Source: Sphagnum compactum (Eukaryota). From it: DNA of 64,000 bases. The notes under the pieces are model-generated. The model was not told the DNA's origin, searched no databases, and worked only from the letters and a program-made list of their open reading frames with translations. The stretch spans positions 1-64,000 of the forward strand of contig OZ234494.1 in NCBI GenBank assembly GCA_965153455.1. The letters are read 5' to 3'. A program made the translations under genes and the position numbers. Positions 13,321 through 26,543 of the stretch are shown one piece after another; position 1 is the stretch's first letter; each line of letters starts with the position of its first letter.

Positions 13321-14496
13321 ATAATTTAGTAAAAGGTTTTTAAAAAACCCTTATTTGACAACAATTTTCCATTTTTTTAAAATTCAAAACTTCATATTAC
13401 TTTTGTCAAATGATTGAAAAAACACTTAGCCCAAGAAAATATTCAATGGAAGAAAAATTTCCAACCTAAAAAAATCATGATCATCAACATTGTCATACCA
13501 TAATGTACTAATGAACATTTCAACATCATCTGATTTAAATTCCATGACCTTAAGAAAATTTGAAAACTTGGATGGGAAAGATTGTTCTTTATGGTTTTTT
13601 TTATGTATCAATAGAAGGAATCCTAAGATTTATGACTAAGTTTATAGCCCATATTTCAATTATAGAGGACACATATGATTATATTCATTATAGTCATTAC
13701 AAACAAATTGAAAAGGACACATAGTCGTTTTGGACATCACGTGGCACATATCATCCTACATTCATAGGGGTAATCCCGAACCCATTGGTGCCACGTTGAT
13801 GCCATGTGTTGCTAATGTGGCATTTAAAAATTAACCAAAATATGACTATTAGTTGATAGGTGTCATTGGTTACAATGATTAGAATATGACTATGAATGTA
13901 TTTCATGTTCTAATAGATGGCAACAATGGATAAGTGCACATGACAACAAGTAAATGTACCGCATGTCAATAGAATATTATTGGGTGTGAAGAGGGAGTTA
14001 AAAATTTGTAGTCATTTAATAGTCATTTTTGTGTATGGTTCTAGTAATATAACTCATTAAGTCTACTAATTGGCAACATATATTTTGCGTATGTAGCATT
14101 TTGAAATATTGACACATGGAAATAATCATATTGTTAAATGGCAATGTTTTATTGGTCCATGTGTGGCATGAAGATGGAAGACCATAGTCATTTATTTGTG
14201 ATTGTTGAATTAAAATTGAGTGATTTTAAAGTATAGTTTATTGACAAAAGGCATATAATGATTTGCTCGTGTGGAAAATTTTGGTTTGGACACATGCATA
14301 AGCTAACTCAATGTGTAGTCATTGATAAGTTTAATTGTAGTTGTATTGTGCTATTAAATGTGTAAATTTTTAGTTGGACTGTTAGAAATACTATTCGTTT
14401 CTAATTCCTAATGTTGATGAATGTGTGAAACATTCATCAAAAGGATGAATAGTATTCACATCCTTATAGTAGTTAGGTTAGGTTGAATAGTGGTGG

Positions 14497-14643
14497 CTAG
14501 GGTTTGGAAGTGGAGGCTACTTAGGGCTTGGCGGCGGCTAGGGTTAGGGTGTGACGACGTCTAGGGTTAGGGTTTGGTGGTAGCTAGGGTTAGGCGATGG
14601 CTAGGTTAGGGTTAAGTGGCGGCTACTTTAAGGTTAGGAGTTA
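14497..14643 (+). repeat. Interstitial degenerate telomere-like minisatellite (GGCGGCTAGGGTTAGGGTT-type units)
   Basis: About six variant units containing TAGGGTTAGGG interleaved with GGCGGC/GGTGGT. G-rich on + strand, opposite to the terminal telomere. Confidence 0.7.
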
Positions 14644-15180
14644 GTGACGCGCTCCCAAGTCACGGGGTGAAACCCACTTGAGGGTTTCACAAAGTCAAGT
14701 TGCGGAAAGTTGAGACTTGGAGGCACGCTCCCGGCTTCCAACTCTAGAAAGGGGTAGAGGGTCGAGTTGGGAGCCCAGGGATTAGACTAGGAAGAGGTAT
14801 TAGTTGATCAAGCTTGAATCTGCATCAAAACAAACCACAAAGTGGTTAGTTCACATTTCCGGGACACCCTTGGGTGTTGGGAGAAGCCACGAGCACTTCG
14901 GACCACAAGACACACCACGGCCTGGACTCAGGGGAAGCCACCACCTTCCCCCATATAGTATATTGTGTGACGCTCCGCGAAGGCTACATCCAAATGGCTC
15001 TTTTTCCCGGGACTCCCAAGTTGGAGTCCCGAAATTGTCCCGAAACTGTCCCGGGTGGAGTCCCGGGACTTTGAGAGCTCATAACTCTCGATTGCCAGGT
15101 CTGATCACGACCAGGTCTTAACCAAACTTGTAGCCCTTGTTGAGATCTTTCCAATGACGTATCGCACTCTCAATTCGGAG
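14644..15180 (-). mobile_element. Partial dispersed LTR-like repeat (GGAGTCCC/GGGACTCC-rich family)
   Basis: Reverse complement matches 23900-24225 (e.g. GGGGAAGCCACCACCTTCCCCCATATAGTATA vs TATTATAAGGGGGAAGGTGGTGGCTTCCCC). Multiple GGAGTCCC motifs. Confidence 0.7.
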
Positions 15181-16439
15181 GGTTTTAGGAGAAATTGGGT
15201 TTAGGGTTTAAGGTTTAGGAGGAATAATTTGGGAGAAATTGAAAGAATTGACATAAGTTTCGAAAAAGTCGGAAAATGGGCAGAAGGGGGGATAAGCGTA
15301 TAAATTTGGCATAGGCGGGGCAAAGGTTGATATTCATGAAAGTAGCACCGATAATTCCCAGCGAAGAAAATGCACCCATTTCTCGTAAGAAATGACGTAT
15401 GACAAAATCAAAGGAAATGAAATGAAGAGTAAGTCGAAAATGAAAAGACTAGGGTGCACAACCCGTATCATTAGGTATAAAGTAGTTGCACGGTACATTT
15501 GAGGGATTCGTACGCACGGAGGTGCAAGGTCGGGCACCCGGAATAACATTGGGCGGCAAGAAAAAACAAAGATTCGTCTGCCGAAATGGTCATTGCACCT
15601 AAGTGGGGCATAAAATGAAATGACATAAACTTATTTAAACATTGATTCGGAGAAAATATATGGAATAATTTACGAAGAAGGATGTAAGGGGGCCATAAAT
15701 TTTCACGGACATAATTAAAAGGAGACCCATAAATGACAAGATGAACCTAAATTTGTAGAATTTGAACATCATTATTTAATGAAATGTAATTAAAACAAGG
15801 ATGAACGTAGAGACAATCGTAAGATGTAGAGTTTGTATTTTTTGAAGCACGTAAAGAAAAAAAATCATAAAATATATTTTCGTCAAATATGGTATGGACT
15901 TACGAAACGTTCATTATTAGGCTATTTAAAGGTCCATAAGTATAGTTTTTAAATTGAATCGATTATTTATTTGGTTCGTAGGTTGTTTAGATACGATATT
16001 TTAGTAATTCGAAGTCCCGAACACAGAGCCCATCAGCTAACGGAGCATAGCATAGAGCATAGAAACGGGGATGAAAAGTGGAATCCATAAGTATCAGGTT
16101 CAGAAGTTCGTGGCTTTTACGATTTTACAAATTTGCAAAATGATTTTGTGCATCAGGTAGATATTGAAGTTAAGATGTTGAAACGAAGTCCATTTGAATA
16201 AATTTTGAAATCTATAAAGTGACACGAACATTGCGATGGCAAGCACGAGGTAGAATTGGTGGGTGTGACAGCCAAATGACCGAAGGATGCAGGGACCATA
16301 ATAGTTTAGAAAGTATATATGAAATATATAATTAAAGAAGCGATTAGGAAATACAAGTAAGTTGAAATTTACATTTTAGAATGGTAGATGGTTTAAAAAT
16401 AAACGTAAGTAGATGAAAACAAATTCTAGATCAAAACTT

Positions 16440-18245
16440 GAAAAAGGTGGCATTTAAATATAGGACAAAGTTTGGGAGGATGGGAAAAGGGGAAAAGTGG
16501 GGCATAAGCAGGAGAAAGGGTCGAAAAGTTTGGGAGAAGTTTGAAAAGGAGGAAAAGGTATAGGAAAAGCGATAAGGGCGTTTTGCATAAGTAGGGGGGA
16601 AGTTTGAAAAGGAGGGGCAAAAGCGAGGCGAAAGGGAAAAAGTTTGGCATAAAACGGATAAGTTTGGGAGTAGGGGAGGAAATATGGGAAAATTGAAGAG
16701 GAGGGGAAGAAAAGGCGGGAAGTTTGGGAGAAGGCGAGGAGAAGGGGAAAAGGCGAGCAGAAAAGGGAGAGTCGGGCATAAGTGGAAGGGCGGAGAGGCC
16801 GAGCATAAGGGAAGATATTTTGGGGGGGGGATGGCATAAGTTTGGGAGGTTGGGGAAAGAATGGAGAGAAGTTTGAGGAAAACATAAAAAATTGGCATAA
16901 AGGGAAATAATTGGATAGGTTTGGCATGGGGGGGGGCGAAAGTGGAAGAAGGGGCGTAATAGGAGAGAAGGGAATAAATTTGGCATGAAGAGGGGAGAAG
17001 GCGAGAAGTTTGGGAAAAGGGGGGAAAAGTTGATAGGTTGGCAAAAAGTGGGGCAAAAGGGGGGCATACGTTGGGAAAAGTTGATAAGTTTAGGGGAAGC
17101 GGGGCAAAAGGCGAGAAGTTTGGCATAATTGGAGGGAAGTTGATAGGCAGGGCATAAGGGGAGAAAAGGCGAAAAGTTTGGCATAAGCGGGGGGAAGCGG
17201 ACATGCGAGGCATAAGTTGAAGAAAAGGGGAGAAGTTTGGCATGAACGGGGAGAGGTTGATAAGCGGGGCAAAATATATACATGTTTGGCATAATGAAAA
17301 GAAGGATTGAAAAGTTTGGGAAAATTGCCGGAAGAATTAGAACGTTTGGCATAAGCAGGATAAAAGTTAGAATCGCTTTTTGCGTAAAGAGGGCAAAGCG
17401 AAAAATGATGGGCATATACTTGGAGAAAAAGGAAAAAGTTTGGCATAAGGATAGGAAATTTTGAAAAGTTGAAAAGAAGGGAGGAAAACTGGAAAGGTTT
17501 GGCATAAGGGGGCAGAAAAGGATAAGTTTGGCAAAAGTTGGGCAAGAGTTGAAAGGTTTGGCATAATTTGGGAGAAATTGAAAGAATTGACATAAGTTTG
17601 GAAAAAGTCGGAAAATGGGCAAAAGGGGGGATAAGCGTATAAATTTGGCATAGGCGGGGCAAAGGTTGATAAGTTTGTGATAATTTCGGTAAGTTCAGGA
17701 GAAGTCGGCAAAAGCGGAGAAATTTGGCATATGTTGGGAAAAATAAATAAGTTTGACATAAATATGGCAAAAGGTGAAAAGGCGGGCATAAGCGGGCAAA
17801 AGTTGATAAGTTTGGCATAAAAGGGGCAAAAGGGGAGAAGTTTGGCAAAAGTTGATAAATTTGGCATAACTGGGGGAAAACAGAGGGAGTCGGGAAGAAG
17901 TTGGAAAAAGTGGATAAATTTGGCATAATATGGGCAAAAGGGGAAAAATTTGGCATAAGTAGGGAGAAGTCGGTAAGTTTGGCATAATTTGGAGAAAATG
18001 TGAGAAGTCTGGGATAAGTTGGGAAAAGTCAATACACGTACATAATTTGGCAAAAGGCGAGAAGTTTGAGAGAAGCAGGTAAAACTTGAGAAGTTTAGGA
18101 AAACTAAAGCAAGACATGAGGAGTTTGGCATAATTTGGGTTTAGGCGGTAAGTTTGGCAATACATGACAAGTCGGGGATAAGTGGGCAAAAATGTAGAAG
18201 TTGGACATAATTAGGGCAAAAGGCGAGAAGTATGGCATAACATTT
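16440..18245 (+). repeat. Purine-rich degenerate satellite, core AAGTTTGGCATAA, roughly 30/60-bp spacing
   Basis: Dozens of (A/G)AGTTTGGCATAA cores separated by G/A-rich spacers (e.g. near 17437, 17496, 17808, 17916, 17946, 17975). + strand strongly C-poor. Confidence 0.9.
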
Positions 18246-18259
18246 GAAAAACGTGAGAT

Positions 18260-19040
18260 TATTTATCATATATGATATATTTTATAATCTATATAAGATA
18301 TGATCTTGTATAAGATAAGATATTATATGATCACCCCTATGATCTTATCTTGATCATATTATATGAGATCATATTATATGCGATAATATAGATAATATTA
18401 TAATAGGATCTATATTATTATTATAAATATTACAAATATGATCTATATTATAAATATTATAATAAAATAATATAGATCATATTTATACAAGTTCATAGGG
18501 ATAAATATGATCTATATTATCTTATTATAATATGATCTATATCTTATCTTGATCATATTATATGAGATCATCTCCGCCCCTATGAACTTATCTCACTCCC
18601 CCCCCTATGAACTTGTAAAAAAAAAAAACCCCCTTTCATCCCTTTTCAACATAAAAAATTTAAAAAATAAAAAAATAAAAAAATAAAAAAATAAAAACTC
18701 CCTCCCATCCCCCTTCAACATATTAAAAAAAAAACCCTTGACCCCCTATCCCTAGCCACTCCACAATGAAAAAACAAATTTTTTTAAAAAAATCATCCCT
18801 TTCCCTTCCTCCCTCCACATGTCAAATGAAGGCAAAAAAAAACATTAACCTCCACCCCCCTCCCCTTCAACAGTAAAACAAAAAAGAAAAAAAATCAAGG
18901 TGCACCCTTTCCCCCCTCCCATAATGAATTTGTACAAAAAATTACCCCCTTCCCCTCCCTAGCCTTTAACATAAGATAATAAGATAATAATAATATAATA
19001 TAATATAATAAGATAATAAGATATTATAGATCATATTATA
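18260..19040. repeat. Low-complexity tracts: TATGATCTATATTAT-type AT repeats flanking alternating oligo-C/oligo-A blocks
   Basis: Repeated ATATGATCT/ATAAGATA motifs at 18260-18570 and 18970-19040; CCCC...AAAAAA blocks at 18590-18960. Confidence 0.7.
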
Positions 19041-21036
19041 GATTATAAGATCATAATCTCATGTGATTTGGAAGTGCCAGACTAGAGTTGGATGACTAAT
19101 TTGCATCACTGGGTTATGGAAGTTCACCGACTCTCTTAGGGTTGTTGCAGATGATTAGACCAATGCCAGGGTCAATGATGATCAGGGAGAAGCTAAAGCT
19201 GCACCCACCGATGATCACTAGTTAGCTACTACTGCCAACTTTGTTACAATTACACCGAAAGATCTTTGGAGCCTTTTCCTTGTGTTGATCCATGTCTATG
19301 TACTGCAGGATTTCAAACTTTTGCTGGTTTAAGCAGCTGATCACCACCACGGAGCTGGGAACCACCACGGAGCTGCGTGGTTGATGCGAAGCTTGGGTTG
19401 GGCGGAGAATCCAGATCCGTTCACGCCAATTTGATTCTTCCAAGCAACAGTAGTTAATTACAAGCAGCATTGAGGTATTGTCTGGAGCGAACACTCATTC
19501 ATCTACCACCACATTGCTCGAAGATCCACAACTAAAGAGGATGTTGTCCATAGGTGTAACCATTAATTGTGCCCATGATGTCACACCATAATAATAATGG
19601 ATCACAAGTCCTAGGAACAACACTCGCATGCAAGAGATTGGAGTAAGTTGAAAATTAAATAATTTTCCATGGTTTTTCTCTCCTTTTCTTAGGATCAGTT
19701 GTAATCACTGAATTTGGAAGAAAACCTTTTTTTAAAAGAGTGGACATTGATTTAGGGTTTAGGGTTTGAATAACTTTGTGATGGAGTTGGATGCCGCATT
19801 GTTGCTATGTCCTTTCACTATAGCGTTGGATATTTCCACGTTGAGGAACGACACTGCCAAGCAACATTGTAACAACGTTGAACTCAACGTCCCAAACAAT
19901 ACCTCCTTGGCGGTTTACTAGGCAGCCCTAGTCAAGTAGTGGTTGGTGATGGGTCTCAAGACCAACAACTCACCTGTTGATGTGCGACTGTCCAAGATGG
20001 AGGTGGCCATCAAGAACATTTTGTTTTTCATGGTTGCTAGCAATCTTGCGGTCAACCAACTGATGGAACATGAGGTGACTTCGACTTTCATAGCCAATGT
20101 TGCATTTGTAAAGGAACCTAAGTGGACCATGATGATGGCCAACACTAGAAGAAAAACACTTATTTTCAACTGGTCTCTGCAACTAAATTTTAGTTGTAAG
20201 CGACATTTGCAACTAAAATCCCTTTAGTCGCCTTGGACAAGTCACATGTGATATTAGTCGCAAACGACAAGGGGTATTGGATGAACAAAAAAATCAACAA
20301 ATACAAGTTCATCTTTTGACTCCATTGTATACATATTGTCACACGCGACTAAACTGCAACTATTTTGGTCACTATTGGGGCAAATGATGTGTTGCCACGT
20401 GTCCCAATATTTAATAATAATTAATATAACATAATATAATAATAATAATATTGAAATAATCTGAAACGTTCAATTCACATGTTTGGATGATTTAAATTAT
20501 GACACGTGGCCCAGTGTAAATATGCCACGTGGCATTATAATTAATTTAATACAAAATAATAATATTAAGTTGGTAGGTACTTAAATAGGTGCCTACATAC
20601 TTAGGTAAAAAGACAAGTAGGTTGGGGAGGTAGGTAGTTTAAAATTATCCATAAATTTTTTATTTAATTTTGGGTTAAATCTTTTCAATGACTCATCCCA
20701 TATGTACACATTTTTTTAATGTGAAGTAGGATGACCACACTTCTTATTTATGTAATGTTCAAATTAGAAATGGAGAACAAATAATATGGGATAAATTTTG
20801 AAGTTATAATTTCAAAACTTTCCTCCCTTTTTTCTTACTTCCTAGATTTTTAAACAATTCAAGTACATGGCTCATTAGATAATTAAATAACCATTCAATT
20901 AATAGTGACTAAATTTAACATATATTTAGAATATAAACTATACACTACAAATATTGAGAATTCATTAAAAATTATTTAAATAACTAATAACTTCATAATA
21001 TTAGGAGCCATTCCTAGTGGCAGTTGAGCAATCCCC

Positions 21037-21140
21037 ACTTGCAACGCACAAATTGTTATAAGCTCCTCACTTACAACGCACGGGTCGTTGCAAGCTCCTC
21101 AACCTACAACGCACAGGCTCCTACAAGCTCTTTAACCTGC
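21037..21140 (+). repeat. Short tandem repeat, three ~33-bp units
   Basis: Units with CAACGCAC...AAGCTC(CTC) repeated three times. Confidence 0.6.
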
Positions 21141-21769
21141 AATAATTTACATCAGCATTATTAAATAATAAGTAAAATAATTTATGATAATTATTTTAAA
21201 TTTTCAGTAAAATTATAAAAATGAAATTAATTAATTTCATTATAATAGAAATACTTTAATATTAAATATTAAATAATGAATAATTAAACTGAATTATAAC
21301 TTATGTGTTTATTATAATGAATGTATAAGTAAATTAATTATTATAATATAATAATCATATAATAATTATAATAATTAGATTGTTATTTTTAAAATATAAA
21401 TATATTTATTAAGGTTTTTGAACCTTCAACATCTTAGATCCAACATTTGTCCAAGTGGCTGTTAGTTGAAGACCATTTATCCCTTTGTACATGAATATAT
21501 TTCCATTTCAAGAAGCGAATTGATTGCAATTTCAAGAAGTTGGTAATTAATTTCCACCTATTCATGCACCTGTAAACTATCTTCCAAAGTTCAGGTACAA
21601 GTTAATCAAGGTCCATATTCTCACAACTGCTAATGTATGCCCAATTGTTCAAGGTGCCTACCAATTGTCCTTTGTAATTATATTCTTCTAATACTTCTTT
21701 GGCTAGACCTACTACCTATGGAGATAGTGATGTTGAAGATGATATGTAGAGACATCTAGAAAAAAGCAA

Positions 21770-22860
21770 TTGCATGCATTAAGTGTGGCACTAATTCGTT
21801 TTTTTGGCAAGGATGTTGGAAGCAAATTGGGATCCAATCCAGGTGCTTATAGCAATCCTAACACATGTCAATTATGTCGTGTTGAAGATCATACTATAGG
21901 AGCTTGTCCAATACACACATATATGCAACAAAAAAGTGCCAAATGTGGAGGAGGACAAAGGGTTGGAAATTGTGGGACTTAATTGTCCTTTCTATAACGG
22001 ATTTGGGCATGTTGAGGACATATGTCGGAAGAAGAGGGATTCAAAAAGGCTAATATATGTTGCAAATTACTCAGAGATGTTAGTCAACAATGAGGAAACT
22101 GCTCTTGCTAAATTGAATTGACTATGTGGCATAAAACATGATATCTTTTATGGAGTTAAAATCCCAAAGAGAAGGTTGCTAGTGCAGATAGCAATTGGAG
22201 GAGGATGTGTAGAGGAGGTTGGTATGAGGCTGGAGACAACAAACCTACGGATCTTGGTACGGTTGGGCAAAACCTTATTGTGAGGTCAAATATTTTAACC
22301 CATTTCATCAAAGAGAAATTTTCATTAACCCCTATGGAGACTATTATGAACATTCCAAAAGAGCTAGTTATCTTGAAGGGTTATTGAAGTTGGACAGAAA
22401 ATGAGAAGATGCACAAAATACTAGGCATTGTAAGGTTCTTCCATAACAACCTCATTGGCCATTAGAAAGATTTATGTCAATAAAAGGCTTTTAGAGGTAA
22501 AACTTTATGTGTACTAATGGAAATCCATAATGGTATGAGTACAAGGGCCTCAATGTCAATCACAACAATTAGTATTGTACAAGAGCTTGGTATGATGCAT
22601 TTGGTTTTGGTTTTGAAACTTATAAGACTACCTTTGGAATGAGAACAAAAGCATTGGGATGGATTGATGATATTCATATAAAGGTTGGAATAATTGTTTA
22701 CAACGTGACCTTTGTTGTTGTGGACACCAATAGTTACAACCTTGTTTGGTTTTTTGATGAAAATAAAACTAGTGTTGGATGTGGAAAAGGGAGTAATTCA
22801 GTTTTCCAATAGCCCTAGTTCTAATGTTGAGTTGTTGTCATTCAATAAAGTTATTGTTCA
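21770..22860 (+). mobile_element. Ty3/gypsy-like gag zinc-knuckle and aspartic protease relic
   Basis: CQLCRVEDHTIGAC (CCHC), further degenerate knuckles AKCGGG...C and CPFYNGFGHVEDIC, then a degenerate protease motif (TRASMSI for DTGASxS) and VVDTNSYNL. Many stops and frameshifts. Confidence 0.7.
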
Positions 22861-23529
22861 AAAAAGGTGTCCTTGCTGTTAAAGTGCAATGCCAATTTCA
22901 ATGATTGCAACAACTTTGACAACAATGGAGTGTTGATGCTTAATGTTGCAAGCATCACCTTCGATGTGACCCCACTTTCAAAATGACCACAAGGTTGCAA
23001 AAGGGTAGATTGGTACGACACGAAACAAGTAAAAAGAAGTAACATCATCACCCAAGTTCGTGCCATCTCATATATGGCAATAGCCATTTTGAAAAAACCC
23101 ACCATCATATGGGACTAAAATTTGATGGTTGTATTCTCCATGCTTAACAATCAATAAAGTCCCATAAGGCACATAATACTTTCATCTTTCAATATAATAA
23201 GAACTATAGATCCTTCAAATGAGTTTCAAATTCAAACATAACAACTTAGGTGACACTTTAGACAAATGAAATAATAAAAACCTCCACCCTTGTTGTAAAC
23301 AATTCAACAATCATAAAGACTATGGAGAAAATAAATGATCAAAACATCATAGGTTTGGAAAGTTATCATGTATAGTTAAAAAGTTGAAAAAACTACCAAA
23401 CACAATAATGCAATGCAAATTTTTTGAAAAATAAAAAATTTAGAAATTGTTGAACCCTTTCAATGTCCAAATGTGGTCAATCCAATCATTCCTCAACTTG
23501 TAGTACGTTTATTGGTTTTCAACCTTTTT

Positions 23530-24225
23530 TGTCGCAACCTTAATTTTGGGCTCACGACTAAGGCAAAGGGGTTACAAGGGTGCGAGCCAAGAGAAAGCCC
23601 GAGAATCACATCACATACTCCCGGGAGTGTAGGAAAGTGTGAAGGAGTGAACCCTCACACTCCCAAGGCAACTCCCACTTTGGGAGATGGAGTCCCGGTG
23701 GACTCCCAAAATTTTAAAGAACGATTTCAGGGGTCAAAACTCAATGGCTTGTGAATTTTTTTATATTATTGAAAAGCTCTTAGAATGTAGATGTTTTAAA
23801 TGGGTTTGCATTGCTCATTTGAACATACAAAACATAAATTATGGCCAAAAGAAAGGTCAGGAGTCAAACTACCAATTTGGCTCCCGATTAGAAAAATTCG
23901 GGAATTGACTCGATTTACTTGTTTGCAGACAGCATGTGATACACTGTTGGAAAGCTGTTGACGAGGGGTACAACTTTGCTTTAGATCGCATCTCGATCCG
24001 AGGTTTGCTCGCAAAGTTATGGGGCTCCAAAGCCACGGGAGTCCCAACTTGGGCGATTTCGGGACTCCCACTTGGGAATCCCAAGATTAAAAACCATTTG
24101 GATGTGGGCCCCATGGAAAGGTGCATAGTTTATTATAAGGGGGAAGGTGGTGGCTTCCCCCAAGTCCGGGTTGTGGTGAATCTTGTGTGTCCGTGTTGCC
24201 CACGGTTCATCTTAACACCAAAAGT
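23530..24225 (+). mobile_element. Dispersed LTR-like repeat, same family as 14644-15180, opposite orientation
   Basis: Starts TGTCGCAACC. Contains GGAGTCCC motifs and the GGGGGAAGGTGGTGGCTTCCCC segment shared (inverted) with the 14.9 kb copy. Confidence 0.7.
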
Positions 24226-24599
24226 GTGTTTTCATTTTTGAATCTCTAGATTTTGGAGGTGTAGTTTAAGGTTCCCCAAAAAGTCCAGAACCCAATTTAG
24301 GGTTTGACAACACTCTTCAACTACTAATGTTTTATAAATTCAAGTTCTTCTATTCTAGTAGGAATCCAATTGCTATGGATGTTTTTAAAATGAATGAACA
24401 TAATGGTGCTTCTTCATCTCAAGTTCCTTTTTCATCATCCTTTCCATTATTTTTCCTCATAGTTCTAATCCTTCAAATCAAAATGATGAAAATTTTGTTA
24501 TGTCATTGAAAGAATCTAACACCCCCCATGAAGAAGGTCTACTTACTATTGAGTTTAAATTAGGAGTCAAGAAAAATAATTATAATGCAACCTAAAAAT

Positions 24600-25000
24600 C
24601 TCAAAACTCTTAGGTTGCTAAGTTTTCTTGGGTAGAATTGTGTATAAGGTCAAATGCCAATTTGCCATCATCCTTGTCTTCGTTCAACAACGAAAATGGA
24701 GGTTTCTCCAAATTTTCCAAGAACTCTTTTTCTATGTCAATTGTTGTTGCCACCAACTCCTCCATATTGGCATAAACCTTGATGACACAAAGCTTATGAA
24801 TTTCATGTTCAAGTCTTGCCAACAATCTACATCTTTGTTTCGCGGTTAATTTAATTCTTCCCCTTGTGTATGTACAAGTTTCTCATCCTATTGTCATAAT
24901 GTTGAGCCCTCTCCTTGGGCACTTGATGTAGGGAGTCTAGTTTTGCATGGTTTTATCTGCCTTGTCTACTTTTACAATCATGCTTTTAGGTTTCATCATC
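24600..25000 (-). mobile_element. Retrotransposon gag-like fragment
   Basis: Minus-strand LDSLHQVPKERAQHYDNRM and LARLEHEIHKLCVIKVYANMEELVATTIDIEK resemble retrotransposon gag capsid (L..L.Q...E....Y). Degenerate. Confidence 0.45.
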
Positions 25001-26543
25001 TTAGCATTAACAATCTCTTTTGGGTGTGTTCACAACAGTATAAAAGAGTCATGGCAACTGTAACCCTTGTTTATTTTGTATGTTTTTAACCAAGATAATG
25101 GTGAAGATGTGAGGAACATTTATATCATAACATTTTAAAATAGACAATTGTAGAAATTCTGGATAAAATATCCAAAATAAAACTAATGAATAAAAAAATC
25201 TGACAATTTATGTTTTTGACTTATTATCAAACAAGTGCTTTTAAAAAATATGTAAGCAAGAATCCAAATGCGAAAAATGATTCAATGACCAATTCTGGAC
25301 TACCACATTGAGAACTAGATCAGTTATTACTTAGCACTATGTCACAATGCACTGCTGACACCTATTTTGTGATAGAATGTTGAGTCCTTTTAAAGGTTGC
25401 TTATATCCAATTTTGCATTCTTCTTTGTGGCAGACCGTGGGGAGAATGAGCCAAGAAATGGGACATGCATATTGAGTGTATTGACAGATACAAGAAAAGA
25501 CCTTGCCAATTGCTGTCCAAAGATGGAACTTGGAAAATGAATTTCAATGTCATGAAGGTTCAAGTTGGAAATAAGCAGTAGCTCAAAAGAAGAGAAAATA
25601 CTTTGCTGCAGATTTGAAGTACCCAGCCTTTGTTAAAAGGTCTAAAACACATGGTTCAAAGCACTCAAGGATTAGCAAAAGCCAAAATGATGCTTTGTTT
25701 CAAAAGCTTAGGAATCATGTCTCCAAAGAAATGATTCACAACTTCTTGCACACTTTGTAAAGCAGGCCCAAATCTGTTGCTATACACTCCTGACCAGGCA
25801 GCAGCTACTGATCAGCAGGAGCTTCAGTGTGAAGTATCTCCATATTTTCCAAGACTAGAAACTTTGCACCAGATTGATATGCCAAAGTAGACTCTGTTAC
25901 AGTGGACTTGGGCTTAAGAGTCTGAAAACAATATCAGTGTCAAAACTCTTGCAGGGCTAAAATTTTGTAAGCAGTTTCAGTGTCAAGAATTTGTGTTTAA
26001 GGGTTTTAACAATTTCATGGTTAGTGTTTTTCATCAAAAGCTTGTGCAGAGCAACCACTATAGTATGGGAGTCGGTAAATGACCACAACTATAGGCATAC
26101 TCTACTGCACCTAATGCACATCTGATAAACCAGAAAATTGATAAGGATCTACCAAAAAGAAACAACTCAAAAAGTCCATAAACACTGAACTCTTTCAATT
26201 TCCAAGTTGCAAAAAAAAGAGGTTTAAAAGTATTGCATTTACCTGTGAGCTTCTGGTACAGAAAATAAGAAAACCAGATTGTCTGTAGCCTTGTATTTAC
26301 ACAAGTCTGTTGCAAAACCAATAAACAAAGTTCTTCCCTTTGTCTTTCTTTCCATAGAAATGCTGCATCTTCTCCTCCTTCCGCTGTACAGGATAATTGA
26401 ACTCTCTTCACACTGCAGTATCATCCGTGTAAATGATTTTACAAATAAACAAATAACACACTCTACCTGTTACTCACATATGCAGTTACTCCCCATTGAG
26501 GGAGGCTTGACATCAAAAGGGTCGCTTTGTTTTATCCTCTGCG

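Noticed and set aside
16426-18189. Six long overlapping minus-strand ORFs (up to 398 aa) rich in P/F/L/S
   Set aside because: They arise from the pyrimidine-rich strand of the satellite, are open in all three frames and have no domain-like content.
16440-18245. CRISPR-like repeat/spacer appearance
   Set aside because: Core only ~13 nt and degenerate, spacers are related low-complexity sequence, no cas genes, eukaryotic context.
19100-20180. Possible retroelement ORF1/gag-like remnant
   Set aside because: Composition is suggestive but no diagnostic motif was found.
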